NCBI GenBank assembly: GCA_963768055.1
Contig: CAVYGN010000001.1
Location: forward strand, 1,568,001 to 1,632,000
DNA from: an uncultured Spirochaetota bacterium
GTDB lineage: Bacteria; Spirochaetota; Brevinematia; Brevinematales; JAOACQ01
Direction: 5' to 3'
Length of the DNA stretch: 64,000 nucleotides
Shown here piece by piece: positions 60,665-64,000 of the stretch. The position numbers and the translations under genes were made by a program. Each line of letters starts with the position of its first letter. Positions within the stretch are counted from its first letter, which is position 1. The notes under the pieces are model-generated. The model searched no databases and had not been told where the DNA came from. It was given only the letters and a program-made list of their open reading frames with translations.

Positions 60665-62884
60665 CTATTTCAGCCTGTATAAGACCCTTCCCCTGTCGGG
60701 TCTGGAAAAATAATCGGTTTCCGTAATAACCGGTTTCTCCGGAATTACCGCCTGGCGAAGATCATCCCCCGCGACCCTGGCAAAGGGACCATTTTTATCT
60801 TCTAAAAAACCGATTGTTTTACTTTTGATCCTGCTCAAAACGGCAGTCCTGTCCCCCTGGATGGGACCGACTTCGATATAACGTATATTCTTATTTTTGA
60901 GAAATTCGATCCACTTTGCATAATCCGCCGGGTCCGGGATAAGGGGATAAACAGGTATATTCAATCTTTTCCCGTAGAGGGGATAGTATATATCGCAGAA
61001 TAAAAATCCGACCGATTCGTTTGTCCTTATATGTTCGTCGATGTATTGAGGGATCGAGCCGTAAAAAGCGAAACGGTGAACGTCCCTCTCCTTCTGTATA
61101 AAATAAACGGGTATTGCCAGGAAAATAACAAGTAAAACTATCCCTGATAAAAAAGGGATATATCTCTTGCCCTCTGAAATATCCTTCAAATAGCGTATTA
61201 TCGGGTTGTCGTAACAAAAGACCGCCCATAACGCGATCGCCAGGCCGGATATTGCCGCGTAGGGAACGGTTATAACCGCCAGATTGACAAAGATAGGCAG
61301 AAACATGCCGGGATTTTTATTTAATAAAGCCGTTAAACTGTTTATATCCGAAGAGAATACAAGGTTCCTGTTATACCGTATGGTATCTACAATGATAATA
61401 TTGAACAGCCCTGCAAGGACGCATAAGGCGGTAAGTGAGATTATTACCGGTTTTTTAATTTTCAGCCTGAATAAGGCTATTCCCGAGAGCACGCATAAAG
61501 CCGACATAAAAGGGAATGCGTACCGGAAAGCGAAACCGATCCATTGCGTCAGTGGATTATCGGCTGAAAACGGCGTGTTCCAGTATAGAAACACGGCGGC
61601 AAGGGAAAGGGCTGAAAAAAACAGAATAGAACCTCGCTGGAACCTGCCGGCCCTATTGAAAAATAGCAGTACGATCGAACCCAGGCTTAATACGGCGATC
61701 GCGAGGAAGGGAAGCTGGAGCCTTTTAATTATCTCTATACCGATGATTTTCCAGTGCAGAGGATTCCCCCAGTTGAAGAGATGGATCAGGGTAAGGTAGG
61801 ATAGATCCCCGGCGCTGACACTGCCCGGGAACACTGTTTTGCCGAACAGGCTGATTTTAACGAAAGCCAGGGGATTACCCGTATCGATAAGGTTTTTAAA
61901 ATACCAGAAAAACCCTATAAAAGGACTGGAGACGATAAAAAGGGCCAGGACGGGGATTGAAAATGAAACCGACCCGTATTTTTTTGTAACTAAATTAATA
62001 ATGATCACTGCAAGAAGCAGGACAAAAAGCAGGAACCCGTAAGGCAGCCCGGAAGCCTTGATCCCCAGGATCATTATTATTGAAAAAAACGTCATCAGGA
62101 CGCAATTTACATTGCTGGTTTTGTAATGGAGATAGACAAAATAAACTCCGGCCATGAAAAAAGCCGCAAAAGCCAGGTCGATATGAAAGGTGTTTACAGT
62201 ATTAAGGATCTCAGGTATTGATAGAAGCAGAATGGATGAAGAAATGCAGATGAATTTCCCCGCCCCCGCCTCCCTCAATATAAGATATACACTGAGTCCC
62301 AGAATAGCCCAGGAAATCAGGTTGGGCATGGCGGCGAACATGTCGCTGCCGAAGGGGAGGATGAAAAGCGAGCAGAGGACCTCCCAGTTATAGGGATATG
62401 GAATCTGAAGATGCCCCCACAGGGAGCCGCTCTGGTACCACGAAACTATCGCGGGAAGGTGAAAAGCCAGCGTATCGCTGTCGCCTGCGGGATACAACGA
62501 TAATTTTAATAAAAGCGAAGCGGATGCGATTAATATAAACAGTATCGGGAATTTTTTTTTGCCCTTCAAACCCGGAATTGTAAATTTTTTCGGGTGCAGC
62601 CGCAGACCGTTTTCATATAAAAGGAACGATCCTGCAAAAAAGAGCAAGAGCTCTGTCAAAGTCACCGCTGTTAAGTTAAACAAACCTGCTACGCCCAAAA
62701 TTATCCCGGTTAAGATCTCGAGGAGGCACCAGAAAAAAGCCAGGACCATCAGCCGGCTGGCAAAACCGTCGTTCGCCGTTCCGCGGGTCAGGCCGAGTGT
62801 AAAGAACAACGAAAGGGGGAGCGCGCCTGCCAGGATGGCTAAAAATAATAAAAGGGCCCGCAGTAAATGAAGGATTTCCATCAA
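60665..62884 (-). CDS. Large polytopic GT-C-like membrane protein (putative glycan-modifying transferase)
   Basis: Many TM helices; DTLAFHLP, YPYNWE, GIKASG, WYFKNLIDTGNP; downstream of a gtrB/gtrA-like pair. Confidence 0.6.
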   Translation of the reverse strand: MMEILHLLRALLLFLAILAGALPLSLFFTLGLTRGTANDGFASRLMVLAFFWCLLEILTGIILGVAGLFNLTAVTLTELLLFFAGSFLLYENGLRLHPKKFTIPGLKGKKKFPILFILIASASLLLKLSLYPAGDSDTLAFHLPAIVSWYQSGSLWGHLQIPYPYNWEVLCSLFILPFGSDMFAAMPNLISWAILGLSVYLILREAGAGKFICISSSILLLSIPEILNTVNTFHIDLAFAAFFMAGVYFVYLHYKTSNVNCVLMTFFSIIMILGIKASGLPYGFLLFVLLLAVIIINLVTKKYGSVSFSIPVLALFIVSSPFIGFFWYFKNLIDTGNPLAFVKISLFGKTVFPGSVSAGDLSYLTLIHLFNWGNPLHWKIIGIEIIKRLQLPFLAIAVLSLGSIVLLFFNRAGRFQRGSILFFSALSLAAVFLYWNTPFSADNPLTQWIGFAFRYAFPFMSALCVLSGIALFRLKIKKPVIISLTALCVLAGLFNIIIVDTIRYNRNLVFSSDINSLTALLNKNPGMFLPIFVNLAVITVPYAAISGLAIALWAVFCYDNPIIRYLKDISEGKRYIPFLSGIVLLVIFLAIPVYFIQKERDVHRFAFYGSIPQYIDEHIRTNESVGFLFCDIYYPLYGKRLNIPVYPLIPDPADYAKWIEFLKNKNIRYIEVGPIQGDRTAVLSRIKSKTIGFLEDKNGPFARVAGDDLRQAVIPEKPVITETDYFSRPDRGRVLYRLK

Positions 62885-63423
62885 TCAAAGGCCCCCGCTT
62901 TTTTTTTATTGAATACGAAAAGCTTGTTCAGCAGAAAAGCAATCGCCGCCAGGGGAAGTATCAATATGGCGCCCGAGATATAAGCGGACACATGCAGCAT
63001 ATCGAAAATTTTGAGCCCGCCTACGTTTATGCCGTATACTACCGCGTAAACCGCAAAAAAGCGGAAGATAAGGCGTATGTCATGGACATTGAAAACCAGC
63101 CTGCCGACCGTCTGGAAATTAAAAAGTATCCCCGCTGCGGTGCTGATTAAAGCGGCTATCGAATAATGCAATTTTAAAAATATCAGGAAAGCGAAGGCCG
63201 AATATCCGAAAAGAGTGTTGAGTCCCCCTACGATGAGAAAACGCAGGAACAGGACCCTCAATAATTTTTTAATTAAGGGCACTTCTAATAACCCCCGGAC
63301 AAGCCGGGATAAACGCCTTTTCAAGGCGGCAAGGTAGTGCCCATAGGGCGAATTGATAACAATTAGTACAATTTTATTCTTGAATTCAAAAATTGTTTTT
63401 GGAACCACCCTTAACTCAATCAA
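62881..63423 (-). CDS. GtrA-family flippase carrying an in-frame MITE insertion
   Basis: RFLIVGGLNT, NF...LVF, FLLNKLFVF; TTG start overlaps the upstream stop; residues about 5-50 derive from the MITE. Confidence 0.82.
   Translation of the reverse strand: MIELRVVPKTIFEFKNKIVLIVINSPYGHYLAALKRRLSRLVRGLLEVPLIKKLLRVLFLRFLIVGGLNTLFGYSAFAFLIFLKLHYSIAALISTAAGILFNFQTVGRLVFNVHDIRLIFRFFAVYAVVYGINVGGLKIFDMLHVSAYISGAILILPLAAIAFLLNKLFVFNKKKAGAFD
63277..63410. mobile_element. MITE copy 2 (134 bp) flanked by TTAA, inside gtrA
   Basis: TTAA-GGGCACTTCTAATAAC ... GTTTTTGGAACCACCC-TTAA; reverse orientation relative to copy 1. Confidence 0.85.
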
Positions 63424-64000
63424 AATTCACTCTCTCTTTTTCAATGACCAGAGGCCTGTTTTTAACCTGCGTATAGATAGCACCGATATATTCGCCTATA
63501 ACGCCGATAAAAAAAAGCTGAACGGAAGAGAAGAAGAACAGGCCTATAACCAGGGGAGCTATTCCCACATTGAAATTCTGCCAGTAAATAAGCTTGTAGA
63601 CGAAATAACCTATCGCCACCAGGAGGCTGATTATAGCCACGCCGAAGCCGATAAAACTCGCAAGCCTCAGGGGTATTTTGCTGTGATTGACAAAGCCCAG
63701 CATGGCCATATCGTAAAGGGTGTAAAAGTTATTCTTGGTCTTTCCGCCGTATCTTTTCGGCTGGACATAAGGGATTTCCGCGCGGTTGAAACCGAGCTCC
63801 GATACAAGCCCCCTGAAGTACGGATAGGGTTCGTTCAAATTCCTGAGGACCTCTATAAATTTCCTGTCGTAAAGGCCGAACCCAGTAAAATTGCTTATAT
63901 GTTCGGATTCCGAAAGCTTTTTGATCAGGGCATAGTACATTTTCCTTACGGCGAATATCAGCGGGTTTTCCCTGCTCTTCTTCTTTACCCCTATGACAAT
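63416..64000 (-). CDS. GtrB-like GT2 (undecaprenyl-phosphate glycosyltransferase), partial; starts beyond the window
   Basis: FTGFGLYD, PYFRGL, R..GKT, PLRLA, IGEYIG.I...VKNRP. Confidence 0.85.
   Translation of the reverse strand: MVIGVKKKSRENPLIFAVRKMYYALIKKLSESEHISNFTGFGLYDRKFIEVLRNLNEPYPYFRGLVSELGFNRAEIPYVQPKRYGGKTKNNFYTLYDMAMLGFVNHSKIPLRLASFIGFGVAIISLLVAIGYFVYKLIYWQNFNVGIAPLVIGLFFFSSVQLFFIGVIGEYIGAIYTQVKNRPLVIEKERVNFD

Overview
Bacterial genomic window, most likely from an anaerobe with a diderm envelope; the taxon cannot be fixed from this sequence. 1-11.4 kb holds housekeeping genes: a TPR protein, a GH5 hydrolase, leuB, clpA, nifS-nifU and an SppA with an extra N-terminal domain, plus three REP-like palindromes. 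11.4-15.1 kb is a decayed patch: a truncated IS1380 fused head-to-head to a decapitated AbrB antitoxin, an intact PIN toxin, an MNT-HEPN pseudogene pair and two scattered rmlC fragments. 13-64 kb is a very large surface-glycan locus with three DegT-family aminotransferases, a WbpB/D/E-like trio, rmlC/D/B, wzm/wzt, wzx, tandem Wzy/WaaL-like genes, duplicated YfhO-like GT-C genes, a GtrA/GtrB-like pair, a GT10 and two sulfotransferases. Embedded in it at 37.6-48.3 kb is the most interesting part, a co-oriented sulfur island: cysteine desulfurase, permease-less ABC ATPase, Cys-rich HypB/UreG-like GTPase, Fe-S protein, then Rrf2 regulator, a PstSCAB-like transporter whose binding protein has lost the canonical phosphate ligands, and cysC-cysD-cysN. 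This suggests a Pst-derived sulfate importer feeding PAPS for glycan sulfation, plus an uncharacterised sulfur/cluster-handling module. A TTAA-targeting MITE occurs twice, once inserted in frame inside the gtrA coding sequence. All functional calls come from motif recognition by eye; no database searches were run.
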